Assembly: GCA_964247055.1 (NCBI GenBank)
Contig: OZ176050.1
Span: forward strand, 8,184,001 to 8,248,000
Origin: Paragordius varius
Taxonomy: Eukaryota > Animalia > Nematomorpha
Direction of reading: 5' to 3'
DNA length: 64,000 bases
Shown: piece by piece, positions 24,281 to 38,759 of the stretch
Numbering within the stretch: position 1 is the stretch's first letter
How the letters are laid out: each line of letters starts with the position of its first letter
The notes under the pieces: model-generated
What the model was told of the DNA's origin: nothing
What the model saw: the letters and a program-made list of their open reading frames with translations, nothing else
Database searches by the model: none
Translations under genes and position numbers: made by a program

Positions 24281-27200
24281 CTAAATAGGACTTTTGGGAG
24301 GTGAGGGACGGGACATGCCACTTGTTTCATTGGTTAATTCCGCTTCATTTATAATATTGTATCCATAATGAATAGCTGTCAAATCGTTTTCGTTGACACC
24401 GTTTTGCATAGTAGTTTTATACACTTCTAAATTATAAGTTATAAAAACCAAGTATTAAAATTGGTTAACGCATGATTATTCATTAATTTATTTTATTCTT
24501 CCTATTAAACAAACTACATTTCCTAATTTTATACTTTTGTATTAAGCGGGAACTTCGTTTATGCCCACTAATTCTAAGGTACCACCAAAACACAAATAAA
24601 AAGCAATAAGAAAATACAGACTAAAAATGATATTAAAACTTCAAACGTTTAAAGTCAAATTTAAAATCTCCTAAAAAATTAGTGAATCCGACCTTGCCTA
24701 AACAAAAATTTTAAGAACTATGGAAATAACGAAATACAAAAATAACCAGTTAAATAAATTCACTATTATCAATAAATTAATAAACACTAACATTTGGAAT
24801 TATATAGCTGATAATGTGCAGCATACACTTATATTTTGGAAAATCGGACTTTTGAAAAACACAAATTAATAATTTGGTTCAAATATAATTTACCATTATT
24901 TATTGGGGTTACGGTTGCATTCGTTTGAGATAAACGCTTTTCATATTCGTCTATTAAAATGATAAAACCTTCCTGTTCTTTTTGCATTTTGGACAATTCA
25001 TTTTGTAATTCCTCGTTTTTAAGTTTAAGTTTTTCATTTTCCCGCTAACATCCAAATAAATTAAGTTACTTGAAAAGAAAAAAGAAAAACATTATAAAAA
25101 ATTACCTTTAATTTAGTTAAGGCATCATTACCAGATACAGAATTAATTATGCTAATCTCGTTCAAATCCAATGTGGTTGACCGACCAATGCTTTCCAAAT
25201 CACCTAATATGAAATTGAATAAATTAATAATTTTATAAAAATCAAACATCATTTTTCATAAACTTACAGTATAGTTATAGCCCCGTATATCAATTTTATA
25301 AAAATAAATGTAACTTATAATATATCTTAACATAAATTAAACGGAATATGAACCAGTTTTTATAATTTTTTTATGCTCATTTTTAATTTTTGCTATTAAT
25401 TGATGAAACTTTTAATTAAACACGATTATAGCATAATAAGGAAAAAACCTTTTTCGCTACCAACATCAACGTTGGGGGCAGTATCTCCGGCCTCAGAACT
25501 GGATTTTGGTTTCGCAGATACTGTGGTCAATGTAAAATTTTTCACAAGATTCGTATCGTAGTATGGATCATTCATGTAGAAATCTTGGCTATACCCTAAA
25601 AAGACAAATAATTTATGTAAAAATTAAAATTATAAGGACAAGTAAATTATATGTTTTTTAAAAAAGGCATCCATATTTAAATCGTGTTAAGTTGCAAAAT
25701 AAGGAACAGAAGTGTAAATTGGTAACATCCTATCACTTTCATAATTGTCAGGTTTTAAAGTATAAAAAAGTAATTTTTATAAAAAAAATTTTTTAGTTTT
25801 TACGTTTTGCCTTTATAATTTAAGTTTTTACTGTTAAATGCATATTTATATTAGATTCAGTCAAAGCATTTTTTGGTTTTTTTTGTGATTTGACCCTTTT
25901 TACCTAGGCTTTTAAAAATAGCGTTATTAACTTTTGATAAATTAGATTTTTATGTCCGTTTTCCGTCCGCGCTTTACGTCAAAGATGTTTGACTGTATCG
26001 CCAAACTACTATTGCAAGATGGTTAACATGTTATAATATACCATTTACAATTCAAATTTAACCTAAAAATAAATTAGTTTCGGGCTAATATAACTGATCA
26101 TTAATATGAAGTATATTTTTATGGTGTAGTTTGTTATTTTTTTCAGTATTATATTAATTTAAAACAAAATCTCATTTTTTTAAAAATGATAAAAATATAG
26201 GTATTTTTAAACTTTATTTTTAGGGTTAATTTGAATTATTCGAGGATGAATTTGAACTGTAAATGGTTTTTTTGACAAAATAAAATATTTAATATAAAAA
26301 CTAATAATATTAATTACCAGACGGAAAATATGGAGTCTGAACAAGGGGATATTGGTAATTTACGTTTGCGTTGACATTGTCTAAAAAACATGTTATTGAT
26401 TGTAAAAATTTTATTCTTGAATGTGACAAAAAGTTAAAAAAAAATAATTTTGTAAGCTACCTGTTTGTTGTATAGGTTGGTTTTGTACGGGCTATATAAA
26501 ACAAAAATAAAAGTATGATGAATTATAATTTTATATAAGTATATGAAATAAGTAAATTTCAAGTTTGTAATAAATTAATAACAAAAAAATAGAATATAGC
26601 AAAAAGCTTTTCATTTGAAAATAATGGTTGCGATGCTAGACTAATTATTAATATTTAATTCTTGTTAGGTACTGCTATATAATTTTAGATTAATCAATAA
26701 AATTAATATTTATATATATTAAGATTGATACGTAGCCAAAATGTCTCATCTATAAAAAATACTTGGTATAACGGTATTTGTTTTACAATATGTACCTTAG
26801 TTTTCATATTCTAACTAAGCAAAACTATAATAATATAGAATTTTTTTAAAAAAAATAAAGTACAACAGATTATCAAATTCAAAGACTCTCTGTTCATTGA
26901 ATAGAATGATAATTTCATTATTTCGTGCGCATCTAGCCATAATTATTATATTTAAAACTAAGTGCAATCATTATAATACTGTTATCGAAATCAGTAAAGT
27001 TGTTAAAAAAGATGATTTTACGGATAAATATAAAAATCCTACATTTAAGGATTGATCCTGGGTAGGTGGTGGTGCCATTATACCATAATAAACTGCATTA
27101 TTTTGGGTCGATGGAAAACCCGTGGGATAGTTTTGATTATAATTAGTGGGAACCATTGGATAGTTTTGAGCATTATTTTCTTGTGATAATGGATAGTTAA

Positions 27201-29995
27201 CCATACCATTCATTCCCATATTATTGTTATTATTGTAATTTGCGAATTCCTCACTTTTTAATGACCTATCATAGTTTGTATTTTGGTTAATAGGCGGTGT
27301 TGGTGTAGGTTGCATACTATTCATGTTGAATTGATAATTGATTGGATTGGGGAGCATAACATTTGGATGTGGTGCATTTGGATTCATACCTGCAAACAAT
27401 TTAAAAAATGTGTCTCAAAATTATTTAATCTAGTAATCATTTACAGCGAAAATCATTTTAGTAAATATCGGGAATTGAAAATAAAACCGTTTATTTTGGT
27501 TACAGTTTCTTGGCTAAAAATATGGTATTGGTTCCGGTACTATTGGTTTATAATATAAATTTAGAGATATTATAGTAATGAATGTGAATAAATACTGGCA
27601 TGATAACTATGTAGGCCACAAAAATTAATTTTCCCTGAAAAAAGTAAAAAAAAAAACATTTAAAAAAATGGAACCCCGGTTCCGGATTAACGGTTTGGAA
27701 TCGTTTTTAGACTCTTTTGGTACAAAAAAAGGTTTACGAAAAAATCCCCGATCAATACATAATGGTTTTGATTGCTTTACATATGCCGATTCACTAAACC
27801 ATACTTAAATTTTGCATATGAGCGGCATTAAATTGAATTTGTTTTTGATATTGATCATTCATAATTTGTTCGGTTTCACGTTGAACTTGTAACGATTTCA
27901 TATGTTGATTGAGTTCTTCGTATTTCGTTGTTAAATAATCCAATTGTTTTTGATATTCTCCACATTTTCCATTCAAGCCTTCAATCGTTTTTTCCTAAAT
28001 AATGATAGTGCTGTTAAAAACTGTTGTAATAAACAAATAAACTAAATAAAAAGCCTTTATATTACATCAAAACTCCGAAAATAACTAAAACAGTGTAAAC
28101 CATAATATGTTTAGTAAATATATATATATATATGTGTATATAATATTTATATAAATATTATATAGTAATTTAACAATATGTCATATATAAATAATAATGG
28201 CAAACATTTTCAAAAATTACCTTTTACCTAGATAAAAAAATTGAATTATACTAAATTGTTGATTTTATCACAATTTATTAAGTTTTTATTTATGTTGAAA
28301 ATATCAACTTATAATGGCAGTCTTTACATCAACATATGTAAATTTTTATTAATTTATTTTGTGGTGTAAGGAAACATCAATTGTTAAAAAACACAATATA
28401 TTTAATTATATGTTTATTACTTTTTGTTGAATTGTGCCTTCATATTTACGGGTAAAATATTCGATTTGCTCCAATTTATAGTTATCTTGGTTGTTGTCAG
28501 ATCCAAAATTTCGCAAAATAAAAGCTAGTCAAAAATAAGCATAAATAAAAATTTATCTAAAAAACATATTATGATTTTACATTTTTTAAGTATATGTTAT
28601 GTTATATAATTTAATTTTCGTATTACAAATAAGAATTTAATAAAATCTCAAAAATATCTAAAACAGAATATCGTATGTTAATTTGACAATTGCGGTTTAA
28701 CAAAAAATATTTTGTTGACATCATAAGCAAAAAACACTTGGTAGTAGTTTTCGACTAAAATATTAAGCGAAAAACGAAATAAAGAATTTAACGGTTTATT
28801 AAAACTTAACGGTTATAAGTATTAGTTTTAAAGTAAATTTACTTTCATAGAAAAGGAAATGTTTGAAAAACATGCTCCCATAAACACATAGATTTTGGGT
28901 AATTTTCGCAACTTGATCGTCATATCTTTGGATTGCATCTGTATGTTCTTTCATTTCTGGTGTGTTTTGTTTATCCATGTCTTGTGGTGCTTTAACATCA
29001 GCCGTTGTATTCATAGTAATAGGAGATGGTATTCCAGTTCTCAATAAATATGAACGCATTGCTAATCTTCCAATTTTTTCTAAAACGAAACTCTCACTCG
29101 CTCCTGTACCGTTTTCCTCTGTATTAATTCAATTATATAAATTTAATCAAGTTAACATTTTTTTTCAAATCAATATTTCGATAAATCATTACCTTTTAAT
29201 CGCATCTCGTAAATAATTCTAATAAGGAAATAAGCGTTTTTAAAATAAAAAATTTCAACATGCCCCTAGTCTCGATTCTTAACATTTCTATTTTAATAAA
29301 TAAAATAATGTTTTATTTTAATTTTCAAAAAATGTTAATTTTTTGTTAGCAACATAAAAGTATATATTTAAAGAAATAATTTTAAAGTAACACAAATTTA
29401 ATTTTGACAAATGTTTGAGGATATATCAATAACTAGCGTATGATGAACTTATAGAAATTATTAAATATAAAAACTATTTGAATATATAGCCGGAACAATT
29501 TTCTAAACTTATTTTATGTTCTTTTAAGATCTTTTTTATAACAAAAAGTATGCAAAAGACAAAAAAAAGAACCAAAAACAAAAATATTTTATATATATAT
29601 ATATATATTTTCAATTAATACTTGGAAAATTTAAAATTTGGTTTTTTATTCGAAACAGATAAAAGATACACCTATTCATAAGTTAAAGGTTTTTTAAACA
29701 TTTTCACATCTTTCATTGAAATGAGATCTTGACTGTAATGTTAACAAAAAGGGCGTTTTAACATTATAGTTAAGAGTAATATCAAATCTAATTTAAATAA
29801 AAACACCACCATTTTTAAATACTTTAGATATTTTTAATAATAAGGAAAACAGTCTAGGTAAAAAGAGACTAGATTGGCTTAAAATTAGCGATCGACAAAA
29901 TGTATGACATAAGGATGCATGTCAATTGTAATATATGTTCAAAATTTTTGATTGATTTTATGTTTTAAATTAACAATACAATTGAATGTCTGTTA

Positions 29996-30033
<38 letters not shown>

Positions 30034-30869
30034 TATAAAACTTAATAATAAATCAAAATAGCCAATAATACCGTATATTTTCTAATACCTGATCCATTTA
30101 ACTCTCTATAAGAGTTTCGAACAAAAGCCAACTTGGACGTGAACATATCAAGTCCCAATCGTTTTTTAACGATATCTTTGAATTTATTTCTAAAATAATA
30201 TACAAAATATAAATTTAAAGCATAATAAAATATATTATCATTATTATTTGTAAATGCGTATGAAAATATATTATTACTGTGCTGTTTCATCAGACACTCC
30301 CAAAGCTATTAAACCAAATAAAAAAGCGGATAGGCCTTGAATTACGCCTGATAAATACGCGAAATCGTCAGACATTTCTAATAAATTATATATTAGACAT
30401 GAAAATATTTTTTTAGTTAAATGAAAAATGGCCTATTTTTATTAATTTTACTGTTTTATAGTTCAACATGATGCGGAAAAATATCAACACCTAAATTAGT
30501 AAAATGCAAAATATTTCTATAACAAATGAACAAACAGATAAAAAAAATTAAATTGGAACATTTTAAGTACCGTTAACAATCGATCATAAATGTAAAATAT
30601 AATTTATATTTTTATTAAATTGGTCATAACGTCCGAATTGTATTAATTTATAAAAATAATAAACATTCCACAAAAAATATATTTTACAAAAAATAAAAGT
30701 TATAAAACTCTTTTCAGCATGGTTATATCCATCATCGTCTGATGATGAGGTGAAGGCATCCTCTTTTTTAATGGATTTGTTTTTATTAGATTTATTAGTT
30801 GATTTATACTTGGAATATCCACTTTGATTCGTGTAGTCCCCTGTAATTTGGGATATAAGCTAAATGGAA

Positions 30870-30900
<31 letters not shown>

Positions 30901-33900
30901 TTTAGCAAATTGCGTAGTTTTACTGCTCTGCGGACATATTTAAGTATCAACATTTATACGATATGCGTGCTATAAAGTATTATAAAAAACTTACACAAAA
31001 GAGATTGTATTTCGATATAAAGATACTTAAGATTCAAATAGTTGAACCACATTGGTAATGTACGCATATGATTATTTAATGCTCTTTTGTAAAAGATTAC
31101 AATTCTATTTTTAACGATAAATTTTATGAGATTGTTGCATTTTGCGATATTCTATTTTTGATGTATAATAAAAGTCCCAAACTAGCAATTTGTTTGGAGC
31201 TGTAGATTCCTGGATATTATTTTAATTAAATGGCTTATTTTTTTTAAGTAACATAACGCAAATAAATACTATTTAAATCATTTTTATCATTAAAATGGTT
31301 ATACAAAAAAATTATAAAAAAGGCAAGTGTCTGTATTCCATTTGAAAAAACCTTTTTTGAAGCAAAACGTTTAATATTTTCTATATTACAAAAAGGGCTA
31401 CAGTTGTTTCATTCTCTCAACTTAACAAATCCAAAAATTTATTAATTACAGTAGGTAAAACTTACGAAATTTGTTATGTCATTGTTCTTTTTCTTCGTTA
31501 TCTTTAAAATTATGGGGCTTGATGAAGTTTCCAAGAAAGCAGATGTTACAGTACTTGAATTTGATAGCCAATGCGACAAAAAAATTAATGATCCAATTTT
31601 TGAATGCATGTTTTTGGTCTAAACAATACACATACATATATAAATATTAATAATATATATATATATATATATTAAAATCGGTATAACTAACTAAACCTTT
31701 TGAAATATTCCCACAATGTATTCCATCAATGAACAATCTTGAAAGCTTTGTTGATTTGATTCATTATTTTGCAGAGTGTGTGTATTATTATCAAAATTTT
31801 TTTCTCCCACATTGGTTTGAGGAATGGTCGCCGTCGTCGTCGTCAGGGGCAATTTAAATTTTACCTTAAGTAATTGTTCCTTAATGTCATTCAAAATAGT
31901 GTCGGATTTATTTTCATTTCCAACAGCTGTATTTGTACCACCTTTAACTTTATCATTGGACGTGTTGTTGGTAGTTTTATTATCAGTTTGATGGGATGAT
32001 GTGGAAAGACAATAAGAAAGGGCAAGACACGCAAACCAAGTATTTAACGTTTCAGTCTTTTTGTGTGTAACCGGATCCAAAATTAACTCAGAGGCGACAT
32101 CATAATCATTAATGTGCAATATAGCCGCACCGGAACTTGTTAAGAGGGCATTAAGTAATATGGGTGCAATAATTACTACAGTTAAAAATAGGTGTAAAAT
32201 AAGCATAATGCTAAATATGTTGTGAAAAGATAAATTGTGCAAGTGTTAAAGTATAGTCTAACTAAGAGCGTGAATCTGTCCAGCTGTGACCAAGGGCAAA
32301 ATTATTAGTATGTTGTTTTTATGCATTAATTTTTTCAAGTACCATTGTAAAATTCGGATATAAAGGCGCCTTATTTCATAGCATATATTTTATGGATAAT
32401 ATATGGAAGACATAAACAATTTAACACTTTTATTAAAACTATTCGATAATACCAAAACATATCAAACTTGAAAATAAAAAAAGAAATTTATTGTCTTTAA
32501 GTATCATATATTTCAAATATCTATTTATCTGACAAACTAAATAATTATTTTTACATTGTTTTGGATTGTTGGTAGAGTTAGTGTTTGTTGTGATGGGAGC
32601 AATTATTTTATGTCGCAAAGTTGGGTTAGCATACACAAGGCAATAAAAGAATTGCAGGATAACACGACGTAAGAGCAATGGTTTTTGTTCATTTAGCATG
32701 GAACACAGTAATATATCAATGAATGGCCTATAAATATTTATATTAAATCATATATATATATTTTGCATAAATTCTATCTCATTAAATAAACTGTTTCCCC
32801 AATCAATGGAATAATTTTCCATCAAGATATAAACTTAAGATAATATTGTTTACATAGCAATGGGTACCAAATTATAATTATTATATTAATTTTAAAAAAT
32901 ATTTAACCAAAAAGAAGATGGTTTATTGGGGAAATCTTTTCGTTAAAATACGCGTATATTAAATAAAACCAAATATGGAATTTTATCCTAGATTTGCATT
33001 CTTTGTCTCAGAATAACATAATCTATTTTTTAACCAATTTTTATACAGTATAACGGATTTATGTATATTGAGTACGATATGAGTTACACGCCTAACAATT
33101 CTATTCTTTGCTTAAAAAGAATTAATATTAGTTAATGTACTTTCTTTATCTACAGAATATATTTTTTATTGAAATTATATATTGTAAAATTACTGTAGAC
33201 TTTTTATGGTAGATCATGATTATAAAAAAATATTTGTTAAAAAAATTAATAATTATGTTTATTATTTCGTCCGCCTTTTTATGGTTATAATTATATTTTA
33301 AAACAGAGGTGTCCAACATGCTTTGTTTAGTAGGCAAAAGTGATCTAAAAATATTGAAATAAAAATTAGATTTTAATTAAATACGATTATTTAGAAGATA
33401 AATCATCTGAAATTGAACTTAAATAAATTAAAAATAAAATCATTAAGCAGCCGGCAATATTTGCGTTGGACACTGCTTTAAGATATCAATTAGAAGTTTA
33501 GTTAAATATGATTTTTGGGGATTCAGAACCATGCACAAGAATAAATGATTTGTTATAACGATAAGCACTAATAAAAATGTTACCAAAACTGAGCAAAGTA
33601 TATTAAAATAAACCGCAATCAATAACTATAATAAGGAGGTGACAAAAATGAAAAAATTAATGTGCGCATTAAAAAAAGAATGAATAAAACTCAGCCGAAT
33701 CAATGATTTTCATCTTTTTTAAAAAAATAAAAAAATTTGTGTAAGTATTATTCCTCCTAATATTATTATCCGAAAGTGCCAAAACCACCGGAAAATAGCA
33801 GAAATAAAAAATATTTTGACACATATGGTGAAATATGGAACCATTAAATAATTAATATTTTAGATCGAGAGTAGGAATCGGTTCCAAAAGGTTTAATGCC

Positions 33901-35745
33901 TATTTCCGTTATGTTAAAAAATAGTTATATTTCTATAATACCATATAGATAAGTCTTTACAATATTACCAAAAAATTGATCCGAAAAAATATTCTCATTC
34001 ATTGACATATATTGGTGAAACATTATTGACTTATGCTTAAATCTATCATAAAATCAAATTGTTTCATAATGTTATATTAAACGCAATAGACAGAAAAAAA
34101 GAATGGCACATTTTTAAATATGTATGATTCAAAGTAAGCCATTTTTCAGATAAAATAAAATAAATGGTAACAAAAAACAGTCTGTTTAATATTAAATAGT
34201 TTCAAAATAAAATAAACTCAAACTATTTAATAATGTTAAATCTAAAAATGAACCTAGGTGGTTGTGATGGAGCCATAAGTGTAGCAAAAAAATCTTGATT
34301 TTCCAAACAGCCTTTGATGATGTGGCCCACGGTTAAAATTGACTGGGAATAAAAATAAAATAATAACGTTATGATAAAAAGCAAATAATTAAAAACTATC
34401 AATTTAAAACAAAAAAAATATATAGCTTAAAATATGCATGCCAATAAGAAAGATTGAATTTCAAAATACTTATTATGGATATTAAAACGCATGTTAAACA
34501 TTTAATGAATTTTATAAAAGTTCATATTACCTGAATTAGCAATTCCGAAGGGACTCCACTGGCCATAAGTAAATTATCACAAATGCATTGCAATATACCA
34601 TTGCGAGCCAAAACTATTTGTGAAGCTCTAACACTATGTAACACATTAGTCGAAGCACTTTGAGCTTGTAGAGGGCACACAAAAGTTTTAATCAACTAAA
34701 AACATATTGTATAATCGTAAACTGAAAGCTAAAAATTCAAAAGTAATGCGCGTCTTGTTTATAAGAATATACTCTCTCTTAAACATCAAAAAACTTTTTA
34801 AGCCGACCATCATTAACAATATTTAACATAAGTGAAACAACCATTCAAAATCATATTTCTAAATTTAATATTTTAAAATGTATAACACTTGGGTACAACA
34901 CATTCAAGTCCTTCGATTCAAATTGATGTATTTGGATACTCCAGGCTTGTTTAAAATATATTTCAAAAAATATGAAATGAATTGAAAACATGGCAAAAAT
35001 TTTCACATTTTTAACATAAATGAACCGAAATATATAGAAAATTTCATTCGAAAATACTTATTACTTATCCTCAAGGTAAAAATTTAGTCAACATGACATG
35101 TGTGCAGCAGTTAAATTTAAAAATAATACAAAATAAACCAGTTTTTCTATTTCTATCAATGTTAGATGTGATTCACATGAAAAATAATTTTCATTTTAGC
35201 TTAAATCAAATAAACACGATATTTTGCAAAAATGTTGCAAAATAAAAATGGCGTCAAAGTAATTTGATATGGAACTTTTTATTCAAACCCAAATTTTATT
35301 TAGATATTTTGTCTTATTTATATAATTATTAGGATAGAATAAATTTAAATTGGTACTGTTTCTTTCAGTAGTTTTTTAATAATTTCTACTTAAATATAGT
35401 CTGGGGTATTTAGGTAGCTCAATTTGAATCGAAGTGTTAATCCACCAAAACATATGTTGAATTAAAAAATATATGGATAAAAATTTAAAAATTTTAAGTA
35501 ATCGAAAGCCTCGCTCGCTATAAATAAAAGATTATGTACATGTATTATTTGAATAAAAGAAATAAGAAAATAAAAATTTTCCGAATAATATTCTTTGACC
35601 CATTTTTAAAGCAAATATTGGAGATAATTTAAATTTATTTGAACTTTCTTCATTTGTCTTATCATTTTCATATTACCATTTTATATCAAGCTAGTTAAAA
35701 AAATCTATCAATATTTTTTAAATATATAACAAATAATTTATGAAA

Positions 35746-35785
<40 letters not shown>

Positions 35786-37037
35786 GCAAACATAAAACAC
35801 CAATTAGCAACCAGGTTAAATTATACCTTTAACATCATAAAAATGTTTCGTATTTTATTGTTATCAAAGGTAGGTGAACTACTAGTATTATTTTCGGCTT
35901 TAGTCGTATCAGATACCGCCAAAGATGGTTCATTATTTTTGGATATGCTATCCTTTGAGCCAATTTTTTCCTTTTTATTTAAAGCGTTATCGTGTAAATC
36001 AATCATAAAATTATTATTATTATCGTCTGATTCGATATCGGGTTGTCGAGCTATTGAATCCATGAAAGGTCGCACAATCGATTGAAAACAGCCTTGTTCA
36101 CGAAACAAAAGATGAGTTGAGGAATTTGAATGTAACAAATTCATCAATAATTTTAGGCAATCTTGCGTTACACAACCTGTCAAATATCATTAATAAAAGT
36201 ATTAAAAAATGAAATAATGATATTATTAATACCTCCGTTAGAAAAATCTTCCATGGTTAATATATGCAAAATGTGATCAAATCCATTTTCAAAAGCAATA
36301 ATATTTTGTATATCTTTATTTGAATTAGCTAAATCGACTAAAGTTAGTATGGCCTACCATATATATAAATAAAAGATATACGTCGTTTCTAATAACTTCC
36401 CTTGCATCTTCCAATAGGTCCAAAATTTTTGAAAAACCATTTTCTATTTTAAGCATGGAAGATTGCACTAATTTTGCATCGTTTTGCAAAAGTATTTTAA
36501 AGAATTTTAAAGCTGAAAAACGTATAGAAAACTCATATTCCTAAATATTTAAATTATGCGTAATACTTCAATTAATTTTAAAATAATAGCCAGGTGCTTA
36601 GCATCTTTCAAATATATTTCGGTAAACTGATAATATGATTCTAATAATAATAAACAATATTGACCTTCTGATGTTGATAAATTTACGATAAGGGTTAAAC
36701 AGTCTAACGTATTCACAATCAATTCTGAGGACACTCTATATTATTAAAAATAAAAAATACTGATTTTGCTCCAATATACTCACTAAAGGATCGATAGATC
36801 TTGCACCTATCTCAATTTTATATTTCTATAAATTATGATAATAATAACATCTAGTTTTGCAAATGATGAGAGAGCTTTAACTGCCTCGATTTTGTCCTCT
36901 AATCTTACAGAGCTACCTAATCTATCAAGAATCAAGTCAATCTAAATAATAATTAAATAATAAACATATTCAGTGATAGACTCCGATTCTTCTGAGGAAT
37001 CTATGAAAATTCCTTTAAAATGTCTCAATAAATCCAT
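24281..37037 (-). CDS. USO1: General vesicular transport factor p115/USO1, about 27 exons
   Basis: Collinear matches to p115: DRLGSSVRLEDKIEAVKALS, SELIVNTLDCL, DLLEDAREVIRND, IQNIIAFENGFD, CVTQDCLKLLMNLL, LMASGVPSELL, IIKGCLENQDFFATLMAPSQPP, SMLNEQKPLLLRRVIL, IKEQLLKV, VIQGLSAFLFG, KDIVKKRLGLDMF and the C-terminal QKEQEGFIILIDEYEKRL. ATG at 37037, TAG at 24281-24283, and phase-compatible GT-AG junctions. Confidence 0.95.
25930..26270. mobile_element. Small repeat remnant in a USO1 intron (possibly DINE/Helentron-like or a MITE)
   Basis: GTCCGTTTTCCGTCCG motif, and an inverted repeat ACCATTTACAATTCAAATTTAACC (~26040) vs GGGTTAATTTGAA...TTTGAACTGTAAATGGT (~26222-26268). The class assignment is weak. 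Confidence 0.3.
33304..33478. mobile_element. Short hAT (Charlie-like) MITE remnant in a USO1 intron
   Basis: Termini CAGAGGTGTCCAAC and GTTGGACACTGC. Confidence 0.45.
34886..35436 (-). mobile_element. piggyBac-type MITE family A in a USO1 intron
   Basis: ATAA|CACTTGGGTACAACAC ... GAATCGAAGTG|TTAA. Confidence 0.8.
35749..35782. repeat. (TA)n microsatellite
   Basis: Longest of several TA runs (others at ~4106, 5558, 30011, 30870). Confidence 0.9.
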
Positions 37038-37083
37038 ATAACAGATGTTCACAATTACAAGTTAAACTTGATACATGTTATGG

Positions 37084-38330
37084 TTATGGTGAATAGTAGT
37101 ACTCTCCAAATTTTAAAGGGCAGTTATAATTTTCATCTTGACTCGAGAGAGCTGTGTCTATATAATACCAATAAAAAATCTTTAACTGTACACATTTTGA
37201 AATAATTCACTTATAATAAGTACTCAAAAATTAATATAACCATATTTTAAAGCTGCATTAAGGCCCCTGTGCTTCTGTTTGATTACCCATGATAAAGATC
37301 TATACAAACACATTATTTTTTATATAATTTCTTAAATCCAATATAATTAAGATACCGACATCCTCTACTAGATTGAGATGGTCTTCCCAAGATAGATTTC
37401 AATAAAAATGGTTTTAATAAATCATGCTTGCTCATTTCCAAGGAAACATACTTTTTAAAAAAATGATCCGCAACCCATTAGTCATTAATATTAAAGGGTT
37501 ATTAACAACGCATTATTATTTATAATATTATAACAAGTTTTATATTAATTAAAAAAATTGTCCAACTTTTTTGGTTTTCCAAAACAAAAATAAAAACATT
37601 AATTATAATAAATAAATATAAAAAATTTGCGGTTAAAATGTATGAAAGTTTTCACATTTATATCTTTTAACCATAATTTATAGTTGCCTGTTGTATTATC
37701 GATTTACCCAAAGTAACATATGGCGGAGAAAATATGACATAGGATTTTTCATTGCTTTTACTAAAGCATGATCTTAAAAGGCTGGAGAAGGCCTAATTTC
37801 CTAATTATCTAACTTTTAAAATTTTAAATTATATTAATATCTCGAACCTCCCAAAAAGGTAAAGCGTAATAAGAGAAGTCAGCGAAAACGCATCTGATTC
37901 ATTCGATACACACTCCATTTTTTTAAATGGCATTAAACGAAATACACACAAGTTGAATCCGCCAAAAACTACCACCTTTTTATTTATTCAGTCATGTCGA
38001 AAACATTTGCAGCCATTACTTTATTCCATCAAGGCAAAGCTGTTGATCATCGTTTGCTGGTAAAAACATATGGTCATAGTCCATTCATAATATGTAAAAC
38101 ATGGTTATTGAAAATCTAAAAGTTTTGATTATAATGTGAAAAGTGGTTCTTGTATACCACACAATTGCAAAGACGATAAAGTGCAAGAGTTATGGGATAA
38201 CCCAACTTAAAATCGAGGATAAAATTGGCACAAGGATAACATGACAAAATCAATAAGTCTGCGAGCAATGGGCATCAATAAACTCGGTAAATGGTTCCCA
38301 CAATATTAATAAACTTTAAATCCAAAAATA
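37084..38330 (-). CDS. Unidentified multi-exon gene (C-terminal exons resolved, 5' part not)
   Basis: Phase-compatible exons ~37356-37435, 37241-37299 and 37084-37157 give ..YVSLEMSKHDLLKPFLLKSILGRPSQSSRGCRSLSWVIKQKHRGLNAALKYDTALSSQDENYNCPLKFGEYYYSP*. Another open exon-like frame lies at ~37672-37791. No homolog was recognised. Confidence 0.45.
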
Positions 38331-38759
38331 TAATTAAAAATACTAGAATTCTTTTAATATTTAAATAATTTTTTACTCAAAGAATCCAGTTTTTTATTCA
38401 AAATCTCTGTGTGTATTCTTGTACGAATGTAATTTTAATATATATTTTATATTGATCTTATATATTTAGCATTATATAATTTTTAAAAAAATGTATATAT
38501 CGGATTATTAGACTGTCCTAAAACCCGGTCTAACCACTTATAAATGCAATTGTTCATTATCATAAGTCATCATTATTGTAAATGTAGAATATATGTGATC
38601 ACAAACTTTAACCAAACGAGGTTGACGCTTCATATTGGTTTAATTTAAATAAACAAATAAATTTAATAAAAAATCTAAATTTCACAATTTTGTAACTTGA
38701 AGTATTTATTATAATAAATTTTATACTTTTATGTGTTTATCAGTTGTTATTTAGTATTT

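Noticed and set aside
30990-31150. HAT-repeat-like frame FYKRALNNHMRTLPMWFNYL with a GTAAGT donor inside a USO1 intron
   Set aside because: Its phase is incompatible with the flanking USO1 exons, p115 homology is continuous without it, and no partner exons were found. It is probably chance, though a poison exon cannot be excluded.
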